Shown here: piece by piece, positions 51,190-63,357 of the stretch
Layout of the letters: each line of letters begins with the position of its first letter
Position numbering within the stretch: the stretch's first letter is position 1
Source: Ostrea edulis
Lineage: Eukaryota
Assembly (NCBI RefSeq): GCF_947568905.1
Contig: NC_079171.1
Coordinates: forward strand, 31,930,001-31,994,000
Length of the DNA: 64,000 nt
Reading direction: 5' to 3'
Translations under genes and position numbers: made by a program
Notes under the pieces: generated by a model
Told to the model about the DNA's origin: nothing
What the model saw: only the letters and a program-made list of their open reading frames with translations
The model's database searches: none

Positions 51190-52715
51190 ATGATGGACCT
51201 GGGAAACAACAGCAATAATGCGAATGTAACTTTAGTTAAACTCAATCTAGAGGGATTCGATGATGATGCGTCAAAAGAGGGCATTGCTGTCGAATCATCG
51301 TAAGATTTACCTTTTTGTAGTCTGGATTAAACTTAATTTATATCACTTGCACATGTAGATGGTTTGATTTTTATCACATTCTCCAGCAGCTTTGTAGAAT
51401 TATATGTGATATTTAGAGAATAGTGTTATGCACAGTGAACAAGTTACCTTCTCTTAACCATGTTAACTGATGATCCGTCTGAATAACATGATATTGCTCT
51501 GTTTCAGGTTTACGTCCGCAGACAACAGTTTGGTGATGCCGCCTACGATGTCAGACCTAGCTACAGGTATCTAACAAAATCTGTGTAACTAGTACATGTG
51601 TTGTCTGGGCATTAAGTTTGTGTGTTTTACAGGATCAAATAGCAAATGCATATATGTTGTGTGGGGTAAATCTTGATCTCAGACTGATTAAAATTGAATC
51701 CTTTGATCTGCTCACGTAGATTGCTCCACAAGGACTACTTGAGCAGATCAAAGTATCTAATTTTATTCAGATAGAGTAAATCTGGCCTGGATTTCTGGAA
51801 AAGAACTTAAGTCAAAACTTAAGTCTTAGATTTTACTTAAGTTTTTACTGCTCAAATAGAGGAAAACTCAAACTTAAGTTTGAGATTTTTTCAAGAAATC
51901 CAAGCCTGGGGATTAAGTACGTGAGTTGTATTGGGTAAGTATGGGTGCCAAGGATTTGTGCAGTGAAATTTTTTGCACTGAAATGCAGCTGATATTGATT
52001 TCAATGGTTTCCCCATGCGGAAATTAACAATTTTTCCCCATTAGCAGTCCATGTGTTTTGTTCATACTTATACGGAAAATTACTGTATATGCATATACTT
52101 ACACTGACAATTTTCTTTCAGTGGGGTTGCAGCAGACCCCGGATGTGGATGCAGTAGCCCCTGCAGAGGTAAGGTCCAGCCTCTTTTTGATTTAGATGAC
52201 TCTTCTCGAGAATAAAACTACTGCCAAATTGGCATGGGGTGATCGTAATTGAGTAATCGTAATCGATTGTAATCATTACTTTTTTTTCAAGTAATCTGTA
52301 ATCGAAGGTATTTTCAATTACTTGTAATCATAATTTAATCGATTACAGCTAAATTTTGGTAATGCCATCTGAGATCTATACAAGACTGCTGTTTTTAAGG
52401 TCATGTTTTCGAAAGACATGTGACTTTTGCTAATAGTACTGGTTATTTCGATGAGATGGGGGGGGGGGGGGGGGGCTGTTCAATGAAAAGGAAGTGAAAA
52501 CCCTGGATTATTACGAAGGCTTTATTTTGCTTCGTTTGATATTTTAAGGAAAATCAGTTATGAGCCATGTGTAGGACTGCATCTTCTTGGTTTGGTGTAT
52601 TGTTTTTTTTATTATGGCTTATGTCCAGTTCATACTTCAAACATCCTTAAACATCGTTCATCATTTCCATACTTTCAGATCGATATTTTACATTGTTATC
52701 AGTTTCATACAATCA

Positions 52716-52750
<35 letters not shown>

Positions 52751-55700
52751 TAGTATTGATCGTGAAGTGTGTTGATCTCGCCTTTTGTATGATACAGAAG
52801 AAAAAATCAAGGTTGTGTCTCGCCTTTTGTATACAAAAGAAAAATCAAGGTTGTGTAAGAATCTGAGTTTTTATCATGAAGTGTGTTACCTTTTGTATTG
52901 TACAGAAGAAAAAGGGAGGTTGGCCCAAGGGCAAGAAGAGGAAGAAGATGCGAGACTCCAACGCACCGAAACCAGCGCTGAACGGGTACCTGCACTTCTT
53001 AAATGAACGGAGGGAGATCTTGCGTCGTGAAAACCCTACCATGGCCTTTGCTGAGATGATACGAGTTCTGGGGGCAGAGTGGACCAAGTTACCCCAGCAT
53101 GAGAAGCAGGTCAGTGCCAGTCTTTTGCTGATTTGGAAGTGGGGGGTGGGGGGGGGGGCATTTTGATTTGTAGGGGTGGTGGGGGAGAAATTGTGATTTG
53201 TAGGGATGGGGTTGGGGCATTGTAATTTGTAGGAAGGGGGATTGTGATTTGGAATATTGCAGAGTTTTAGAAATATCTTAGCCTAAGGCAATGCATTTTC
53301 CTAAGGTTGTATGTGTCTTGTCATAAGTTACTGAGTTTTTCTTTAACATGATTTATTGATTTCAGAGATTTCTAGACGAAGCAGAAAAAGACAAGGAGCG
53401 GTATAATCGGGAGATGGAGGCCTACCAGAAAACGGAAGCCTATAAACTGTTTAAATCGCAGAAAGAAAAGAAAATGAGAGGTAAGATTTCCTTTTTGTTA
53501 AAAGTAAAGAAAAGCTAGGCTCTGCTACATATGTACATACATGTTAAAGATAAAAGGATAGGATTTCCTATATATAAAGGTTACAGAGAGTTAGGCTTCC
53601 CTAGACATCAAAATGTCACTTGTGTATACGGGATGAAATACTGTAGGTCCCTAGTACCCCTTGCTTGTCATAGGAGGCAACTAACTGGGGTGGTCCTTCG
53701 GGTGAGTCCCAAAAACACGGGTTTGTGAAGTGTTACTTTTACTACCTTTACATAATGGAGGTGACCTTAGTATTGCTGCAAAGAGAATATTTGATTTCTT
53801 TTTAAAAGTACATTGGTAAAATAAACTTTACTGGAAATTTACTTTCCTATGTTCAGGAACTGAGGGATGTACAATGTTGCTATTTATTTTTGTATTTTTT
53901 AATTTACAGAAATGGAAGCTCAAGGTAGCTCATTAGAGGTGAGATTAGTTTGTAGTAAACCTAGTACTTTAAAAAAAAAAAATTATCCTGCCTCTGAGGT
54001 TAATAAATGAAATTTTTGATCTTCCTGTCAGTAAACATATTTAATTAACCACAGTGGCATATGAATGAAAGATAGTTTGGTTTTTTTACTGGCAACTGCA
54101 ATCTTGGCTTAGATTTTTGAACAGTAAGAGATGGCAGCCTCATATATTTATGTAATGATTTGTCTGATGAAAAGCTTAGCTTGAATTGTCCTTAGGGTCA
54201 AAATGCATGGTCCCTAATTAAAGACAGATGCTTGGTTTCTTAGCTATAATGTGAGAAGAATTTGGACACCGGTGTCTGATATAAAGCTTTTTTTTCTTTC
54301 TCTAGGGTTAAAGGGTATTACCTCTGGTACTAGAAATGGATAATATGGTTTTACAGGAATAACTTTAGTAGATTGTTTTTAATTTGCAACATTTGTTGAT
54401 GGAATAAACAGCTTTTCTGCAATTGTCTGTTGGACCGAAGAACACAAGTTATTACAGAAGATAGATGCTGCTAACAGCATTTTTTCAGTATAGTGACATT
54501 TCACCTGGTCTGAATTTAGATGAAGGAGTCAACATTAGAGCTTAGAATCGTGTCTTGTAATTACCACGGAGATTATTCCATATCCAGTTAAAACTTGTCT
54601 GAACTAGTTTCAGTTCAATTGTCTAAACTTAATTGTATTATTTTGTGTGTGAAAAAAGTTTGCCGTAGATATCTTAAGATCTGTTTCTGACTTAGGAAGT
54701 ATAAGCACCCATGTTGTTTTCCATCAGAAAAGCTTATGTGTTCTTTACCTTTAATGTTTGAATGAATTTGTTTGTAGTAATTGTTTGCTTGATGTTCAAT
54801 TTGTATATCAGTGTATGTTATTGTGAGATCGAAAGATCAATGTTGGATAAAAATCTAAATTCAAATTGTTTGGGGGAAGGAGCGATAAAATCTCCCGTAA
54901 ATTTCTGTCATCCGACATTGATTACACTTCAGTGGAAAAAGAAAAAAGACAAGCGACTGTCAAAAACCACATAATAATATTACATTTGAATGAACATCTA
55001 ATAGTTTTAATGTACACTTTCATTTGTGAATAAATAAACAATAGAAAAGGTATACAGAGTGTTATTTCTAATCATGTATTTTTACTTGTTAACCGATTAA
55101 TTTCAATATTTATCATATTCAGTTTTAACGGGGGGTGGGGTCTTCATGAAAACTATGTGAATTTAGTTTTTTGTCAAACATTGAACTTTTGATCTTGCCC
55201 TTAACAGAGGCCACATTTTAACTACATAAAATAAAAGAGCACTATATGGCAGCACTGCTTAATTCAGCAAATACTTGACTGCTTTCATCAGTATTTGTTG
55301 TATATCAATTCCCGTGGGTTGAAAAAGACCACAAAAATTCAATGATCAGCCAAGCAGAGTCTTTAATTAGCCATTGAAGTTTTGTTTCTGGGATGTCTGT
55401 CCATTTTAGGATACCACCACCCCCCCCCCCCCCCCCAACCCCACCCCTCAGCAGTAACTGTCAGGTTTTGTTTCTGGGTGTCTGTACATGTTAGGATATC
55501 ACACACCACCCCCACCACCCCACCCCCCACCCCCAGCAGTAACTCTCAGGTTTTGTTTCTGGGTGTCTGTACATGTTAGGATAACCCCAGCAGTAACTCT
55601 CAGGTTTTGTTTGACACAGTTGATGGGAGAGAGAGATGAGGATGAAAAGGGAGCATTCGACATTCCAATCTTCACCGAAGAGTTCCTGGATCACAACAAA

Positions 55701-58700
55701 GGTAGGTGACAGCCATGTATGTGACACGCTTACTAAGATAACCATGTATGTTACACGCTTACTAAGATAACCATGTATGTTACACGCTTACTAAGATAAC
55801 CATGCATGTTACACGCTTACTATAATAACCATGAATGTTACACGCTTACTATAATAACCATGTATGTTACACGCTTACTATAATAACCATGCATGTTACA
55901 CGCTTACTATAATAACCATGTATGTTACACGCTTACTAAGATAATCATGAATGTTACACGCTTACTATAATAACCATGAATGTTACACGCTTACTATAAT
56001 ATGTTACACGCTTACTATAATAACCATGTATGTTACACGCTTACTATAATAACCATGTATGTTACACGCTTACTATAATAACCATGTATGTTACACGCTT
56101 ACTATAATAACCATGTATGTTACACGCTTACTAAGATAACCATGAATTAATGTTACACGCTTACTAAGATAACCATGCATGTTACACGCTTACTATAATA
56201 ACCATGCATGTTACACGCTTACTATAATAACCATGTATGTTACACGCTTACTATAATAACCATGTATGTTACACGCTTACTATAATAACCATGTATGTTA
56301 CACGCTTACTAAGATAACCATGAATGAATGTTACACGCTTACTAAGATAACCATGCATGTTACACGCTTACTAAGATAACCATGAATGTTACACGCTTAC
56401 TATAATAACCATGCATGTTACACGCTTACTATAATAACCATGCATGTTACACGCTTACTATAATAACCATGTATGTTACACGCTTACTATAATAACCATG
56501 CATGTTACACGCTTACTAAGATAACCATGTATGTTACACGCTTACTAAGATAACCATGAATGAATGTTACACGCTTACTAAGATAATCATGCATGTTACA
56601 CGCTTACAATGATAACCATGAATGAATGTTACACGCTTACTATAATAACCATGCATGTTACACGCTTACTAAGATAACCATGAATGTTACACGCTTACTA
56701 AGATAACCATGTATGTTACACGCTTACTAAGATAACCATGAATGATACACGCTTACAATGATAACCATGTATGTTACACGCTTACTATAATAACCATGTA
56801 TGTTACACGCTTACTATGAAAGTCCTGTGGCGGTTTGACGGAGGTAACAGACTAATTTTTCTTCCCCAGGCAGGGAGGGTGAACTCAGACAGCTAAGAAA
56901 ACAGACTACTGAGCTGGAGGAACAGAACGCGATTCTCAGTAAACACATTGAGAGCATGAAGCACGCCATTGAGAAGCTGGATATTGAAGCCGTGCAGCAG
57001 CGGAGCACCAACATCGCGCTACAAGGTCACCTAGACAACCTCCGCACAACGCTGACCGACAGCTTCCACTCCATCCGGTTACCAGGTAAAATCAAAGATG
57101 ACCAACCCCATCCTGTTACCAAGTAAAATCAAAGATGATCAACCCCATCCCGTTACCAGGTAAAATCAAAGATGACGAACTCCATCCCGTGAACAGGTAA
57201 AATCAAAGATGACCAACTCCATCCGGTTACCAGGTAAAATCAAAGATGACCAAGGCCACATTTAAAAAAATGTTGGTTTGCCATAGCCTGAGGGTCATAA
57301 AAATATTGGGTCGGTCGGCAGGGATTTTTTTTTTTTGGCTGAAAATATATTGAATATCAAAATTCTGTTTTTATATTTTGTGTTCTTTTGATGAATTAAC
57401 CCTATTACAGTGAATTACTTGCAGAACTGTCAGAAACCTAAAAAGTGTAGTTTTAACTTCATAGACAGGAGTAGTTTGTGTATGGCTCATATATCATTTT
57501 GTTATTCTGATATGTTACTTGTTTTGTGGGTGTTTGTTTTCCAGGTCTTGAATATGTCCATTGTTTCTTCAAATTTGTCTAGAGTCTTGGTTGCCATGAT
57601 TTTACTCTCAATGGCCAATGTAACATGCATGTATTATGCAACAGAAACTTGGTAGAATTGTTGTTGAACTAAAACATTATTCGTATAAACTCAACACAAT
57701 TTCATGTTCAATGATGTTGGTCAAACGATTTCTGATACATTAAATCCGTGCTCTGCGGTACCTCGAATTACCGAAATGCCTCTAGAAATACCGAAATGCC
57801 CATTAGAACTAACGAAATTCGCCTTCGAATTAAGTTTTTAAAGTTAAATTGAAAGATTAGGGATTGATTCAATGTGTACAATACCATCTCTGAAGAAAAA
57901 ATAACATAAATTTTTTAATCAAAAAAGAGTCTTCTTATCAGAATTTGTGTTAATCTAAGGAAGGTAACTCATGTTATTTTTCTTTCATTTAAAAGAAAAA
58001 TGTGTTCAACTATTATTTCCTAATCATTATATATATACATTGCTTAAGTTGAACTAAATCAACATTCATATATATTTTGCAATTCAAACAGATATTGTAT
58101 AGGGGAAAAAATCATTGGTGATATACATGTATAAATTTTGCTAGAGTTATCTTTCTTTGAAACATCGTGAATGCGAGAATTGAACACAATCGAATTTCCT
58201 AAATTTACAATCACAAATTTAAAAATGTTTTATCATAAAAGATTAACATATATAAACTTAATATGCATTAATGTATATAATTAGAGGGGAATTTCGATAC
58301 TTTTAGGTGGTTTTTAAGAAAACTAATTCCTGGGGGCATTTCGGTAAATTGCGGGCATTTTCGAATATTCGGGGTACCCATTTACATTTTCATCGGACAC
58401 AGTTGTTGTTTGTTTCCATAATTATTGAATGATGCCTCATCGGATAGATAAAATTCTACCAGTATACCATGTGCCAAATCGATCATTTGAGGGTTTTAAA
58501 TTGCAGCGATTTACAAAATGTCGCAAAGAACAAAACTAAAAACAAAACCAAACGCATCTTCACAAGTCAAGGGCTATTGATTAGTTACCTCGTTACAAAA
58601 TAAAAACAACACGCAATGTTCTTGATGTTAAGAAAAGTACCCCACGTAAACCATTGTTTACTTTCTGTCTTTGCTCTTTCCAAACTTGCATCTTAAATGA

Positions 58701-60836
58701 GGAATCTCATTGGATGATTTGATTTTAGCTTATTGCGTCATCCCCTGTCCCAGACCCGTGTTTTGAATGGTGACTGATGCGAGCATGGTGCGAGGTAACG
58801 AATCAGTCACAGGTGACTTGTGAAGATGAACCAAACGCGGATAGGAACTTGAAAAAAAACCAGAAGTCGGAAAATCGAGTGCAAAAAAAACATGGCCGAA
58901 ATTATGTCATTAAAAACTTTCCAGTCGGGGGATTAAAAATGGGTCGGTCGTGCGATGGCAAACAAACTCCTTTTTATACGCCCGTCTTAAGACGGGACGT
59001 ATTATGGTATGGCGTTCATGTCCATCCGTCTGTTAGCTTTTTCGTGTCCAACCCGTAACTTAAATACTACAAGGCCTAGAATCATCAAACTTTGTCTGTA
59101 GATACATCTTTGGTAGAAGGTGTGTCGCACATTAAAACCAGGTCACTGTGACTTTTCATTAAGAAGATATCTGTCTGTCCGTCCATCTGTTAGCTTTTTC
59201 GTGTCCGACCCGTAACTTAAATACTTCAAGGCCTAGAATCATCAAACTTTGTCTGTAGATACATCTTGGGTAGAAGGTGTGTCGCACATTAAAACCAGGT
59301 CACTGTGACTTTTCATTAAGAAGATATCCGTCTGTCCGTCCGTCTGTTAACTTTTTCGTGTCCGACCCGTAACTTAAATACTACAAGGCCTAGAATCATC
59401 AAACTTTGTCTGTAGATACATCTTGGGTAGAAGGTGTGTCGCACATTAAAACCAGGTCACTGTGACTTGTCATTAAGAAGATATGGCCATATATGGCAAC
59501 AACTTGTCTGGCTCATAACTTGAAAACTATTAGACCTAGAATCACCAAAATTGGTCAACTAATGCATCTTAGGTAGAAGGTGTCGCATCCTACTTTAAGG
59601 TCACTGTGACATTTTAATTAAGGTGATATAAAAAAAAAAAATTTAATGGGTACAATCTATACTGTTAACAATATGTGACGGGCGTATCATGTGCCGTGGC
59701 GGTGCACTTTATTAATTTTGGCCCAACTTCATCCGGTTACCAGGTAAAATCAAAGATGATCAACTCCATCCCGTTACCAGGTAAAAAAAAAAGATGTCCA
59801 ACTCCATCCCATTACCAGGTAAAATCAGAGACCCTTTACCAGGCGAGACCAAAGATGACCGGTGTGTCTGTCCTGTGGAGTAAGATGGAGGGAAGGCTTC
59901 CTAAAGGATTTCAGTTGTGATAATGTTTCCTTAGTACCTTGCTACTACTTATTCTTATTATGGATCTTTCCAGTGCTTTTCATGCTCTCTGTAGGCATTG
60001 TCTTGAAAACACATTTCTTAAATTCAACATTGTATGCAGGAATTGAATGTTGTAGGAAAAACTTCCACAGTTTCTTACTGTGTGCCTCCATTTGCCGTCG
60101 TATTTCTGTCCGTCTGGCTGTCTGTAGGGATTTTCATTATGTGTGATTCTATTTTATATGATGTCTGCGTGTCAAGTTTCTTATTACATTGTAGGAACGA
60201 ATGAAGTGCCAACATTGGATACAATAGATAATTACATGACTAAACTACACAACCTGATCTTAGATTCTCCTCAGGAACACGAGGGACTCATTGCCATGGT
60301 GAGGGACATCATAGGACGGCTAAACATAGATGGGTAAGTCACTTTTCTCAAGAACATGAGGGTTTTATTGCCATGGTGAGGGACATCATAGGCAGCTAAA
60401 TATAGATGGACAAGTCACTTTTTTCAAGAACGGGGGTGGGTGTCATGCAGAAGTCCAGACCATTTTGATTTTGCCCTTTGTTTCTTACAAAATTTTGGGG
60501 GTTTTGTTGTTGTTTTTTTTTACTTCTAAATATAGAATGTTTAGTCAAGTAGGTTTTTAGATATACCCTTGAATTACATAAGAATCAAGATTCTGCATCT
60601 TTTAATTTTCTGGCAGACACAATTGCAGTTGCACTGCCACCAGAAGGCCATTAGATTAAAATGCATTAAACTCAGGTGCAGAGAATTCATACTGGAATCA
60701 TTACAGAGACTTGAAAATAGATAGATATATAATTGAAATTACCTGTACTTTAGTCTGAAAAATATGTGTGCACTGCCTTATGTCAGTTTTTATTGTTATA
60801 CTTGTATTTGTCTATGTTTGTAGGACCCTGTGGTGA
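51190..60836 (+). CDS. HMG20A: HMG20A/HMG20B-like HMG-box protein (337 aa)
   Basis: join(51190-51299, 51508-51566, 52122-52168, 52906-53109, 53366-53480, 53910-53938, 55620-55701, 56870-57085, 60195-60333, 60824-60836), all GT-AG and phase-compatible, 1014 nt. GWPKGKKRKK..APKPALNGY..FLNERRE..LGAEW..EAEKDKERY HMG box and FDIPIFTEEFLDHNK..ELRQLRK coiled coil are HMG20 signatures. A versus B cannot be resolved; last exon is the least certain. Confidence 0.9.
53640..53725 (+). mobile_element. SINE fragment related to the 5' part of 46250-46510
   Basis: GTACCCCTTGCTTGTCATAGGAGGCAACTAA.TGGGG.GGTCCTTCGG.TGAG..C..AAAA. Confidence 0.6.
55710..56818. repeat. 29-bp minisatellite, about 38 copies, filling HMG20-like intron 7
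   Basis: ATG(T/C/A)ATGTTACACGCTTACTA(T/A)(A/G)ATAACC with period 29. Confidence 0.97.
57066..57253 (+). repeat. 37-bp minisatellite derived from an exon-intron junction (left arm; right arm at 59724-59850)
   Basis: Unit CTCCATCCGGTTACCAG|GTAAAATCAAAGATGACCAA; GT positions at 57086, 57123, 57160, 57197, 57234. Confidence 0.95.
57254..59723. mobile_element. Non-autonomous DNA transposon with GGCC termini and 3-bp target-site duplication (PIF/Harbinger-like)
   Basis: GGCCACATTTAAAAAAATGTTGGTTTGCCAT at left versus ATGGCAAACAAACTCC[HINE]TTTATTAATTTTGGCC at right; CAA duplicated at 57251-57253 and 59724-59726. Confidence 0.7.
58972..59710 (+). mobile_element. Helentron-associated HINE with three 157-bp internal repeats
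   Basis: Subterminal inverted repeat ATACGCCCGTC (58976-58986) / GACGGGCGTAT (59677-59687), 5' palindrome CCCGTCTTAAGACGGG, repeat anchors at 59030, 59187, 59344, GC-rich 3' hairpin, insertion in a T run. Confidence 0.85.
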
Positions 60837-61002
60837 GTAAAGGAAATTGTTATGGTAGTGGTAAGGAGCCACAGATATATAGACTGTGTCACTGAGTGCT
60901 TTAGATCTTGTGATCTACAGGGAGTTAGATATGTATTTCAACTGTTTAGTGTTTAGAATCTCCTTAAACTCGATGATTTGATATTTCATATTATTATGTG
61001 AT

Positions 61003-61784
61003 TTAAAGGACACATCTCGTGTTTTCAAAGTATACAGAATTATATGCATTTTGTCTTCCTTATGCTTATAGAAATTAATTGTAATAGTTCGTTCGCTGAA
61101 GTATTGCGATAATTAGCCACAATACGAACTTAAATCTAAGCCCCGATTTCAAAAAGCCTAGTTAATTAGATAGGTAGTCACGTGGTACAGTGACGTCATA
61201 TGCGACCTTCGTCGATCAACTTGTTGTAAAAGTAGTGTTAGATATTTTTAAAAACTCGGGTTTTAGGGGCCTAATTTATTTACCATGGATAACATTTATT
61301 TCGATGTTGACAAATTTCCCGAGTCTTATATCTTTTAGCCACCAGTGCATACAAATAGCGACCCAAATGTAGCGAGAAAAGCGAGTATGAAATCTGCATA
61401 AATTTTCGAGTAAATAATGTTTACATGGGATCACTGTCTAAACACAATTTGGTAATGCCATTTCTGTAAACAACTGTAATTAGCGTTGTTGCTTTTCTGA
61501 AATAAACAGTGCAATTATTATTAAATTTATTTTTGGAGAAGTTAGATAGGCCTAAATTATGATACGATTATGTATCATTGACAACTAGGCCTACTGCCAC
61601 GGGTGCATTTCGAAAAAAAAAAAATAATAATGATCAAACTTAATTTGAAAATCACAATACTTTTAAATTATTTTATTAAATCAATTTTATTAGGCCTAAT
61701 CATTATTTTTTGTTATCAACACGTTGTTACTTAGGAAGTGGGAGCGCGGCGTGCTGTTGTTGTAAACACGTACGCGTTCCTTAA
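61003..61784. mobile_element. Putative Kolobok-like non-autonomous element
   Basis: TTAA at both ends, imperfect terminal inverted repeats (AGGACACATCTCGTGTTT versus AGGAACGCGTACGTGTTT), non-coding interior. Confidence 0.5.
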
Positions 61785-62659
61785 AAAAAATGAAAGCATT
61801 ATAATTCAATTCAAAGTCGGGAAATATTATATTTTATTATTTATAATTGAAAGTTCAATTATCTTTTATCTTTAAATTTCTCTTTTTTAAAACTACCAGT
61901 TGGTAGACACTGCAAGCAAAGTTCTGCCTATATGTTGTTACAAGGTGAAGGTCAGTTGGTGCGAGTGTGTATTGAATTCGAGAGCAGAACGGAAAGCATA
62001 TGCCGTAGGCCTATATGTAACAGTGCGTAGCTTCGATAGAACCATTTTCTCGCAGTTTATCTACGTATCTAGTATACATGTATGATAATTGGTTCAGATC
62101 TCAGGATGGGGATTTGTGCAGAGCTCATGATAGTTATATATAGTTCAGACCTCAGGATAGTTATATATATAGTTCAAACCTCAGGGCAGAGCTCAGGATA
62201 GAGTTATATATAATTCAAACCTCAGGGCAGAGCTCAAGATAAAGTTATATATAGGAGGCTTAGACCTCATGATAGAGTTATATATAGAAGGTTTAGACCT
62301 CAGGGTAGGGTTTTATATAGAAGGTTCAAAGTTCAGGGTGGGGTTACATACAGGAAGTTCATACCTCAGTCTCGGAAGAGTATATAAAAAAAAAAAATTA
62401 TCACTGTCAGCATGACCAGTGAGGGCCTGTTACAATCTCTACCCAGAGTTATCGTTCCTGCTATGCTCCACTAATATCTCTGTCAAGGTCTAAAAATCAT
62501 ATCAAACCGTACTAAAACTAACTTAGCATACCAAACTGTAATGATCATATCTAAGCAAATCAAACACTTGTCTGAATTTTATAAACACAGAAGCTGGTAA
62601 ATATAAGACACCTGAGCGAATTTAAAGGTTTTATATTAGCAACCACCACCCATTTTTTA

Positions 62660-63050
62660 AAAATTACCCAAATCAATAAAAATCAGGTGTAATTACCAAT
62701 TTTGAGTATGCTGATTTCAAATCTGGATTCCTTTTACTCCAATTTCTTATAGAAAATGAGATATAGTGTCTCAAACACCCCTACCGTCAGGTTGCCAAAA
62801 ACGGAAAATATTTCATTTCGCATCAAAAAGTGACCCAACTTTATTTCTTGAAACACCATTACCCAAAACAATAAAAAGCAGGTGTAATTACCAATTTTGA
62901 GTATGCTGAATCCAATTCTGGATTCCTTTTACGCCACTTCCTTACAGAAAATGAGGTATAGGGCCTTAAACACCCCTACCGTCAGGTTGTCAAAAATTGA
63001 AAATGTTCCATTTCACATTAAAAAGTGACCTGAAAGTTATTTCTTGAAAT
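62660..63050. repeat. Two tandem about 196-bp units, possibly inside a Helitron-like element (about 62400-63225)
   Basis: ATTACCCAAA..CAGGTGTAATTACCAATTTTGAGTATGCTGA..AAACACCCCTACCGTCAGGTTG repeated; hairpins near 62402-62425 and 63205-63222. Confidence 0.7.
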
Positions 63051-63313
63051 AAGGCATACAACAGAAAAGGAAACCAATTAATACTAAATTGTTCCATGAA
63101 CATTCCTAGTTGTTTTGGAAAGAATATATCTCACCTCTGGACTTCACAGATACAGGAAAGGAAGAGGAAAACGGAGCGGATCAACGATCTTAAATTTAAT
63201 CAGATTGGGCTATAGCCTAATGAACTGATGATCAGGAGCAAAAGTAAAATTAATAGGAAAACTGATTTATTAAACATCAGCAAGTCTTTTCCGAGAACTT
63301 CTGGTACAGCTGT

Positions 63314-63357
<44 letters not shown>

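Noticed and set aside
55710-56818. CRISPR-like appearance of the 29-, 28- and 37-bp arrays
   Set aside because: Units are contiguous with no unique spacers, there are no cas genes, and the context is eukaryotic introns.
63225-63270. CTGATGA followed by a TCAG/CTGA stem
   Set aside because: No GAAA after the stem, so the hammerhead core is incomplete.
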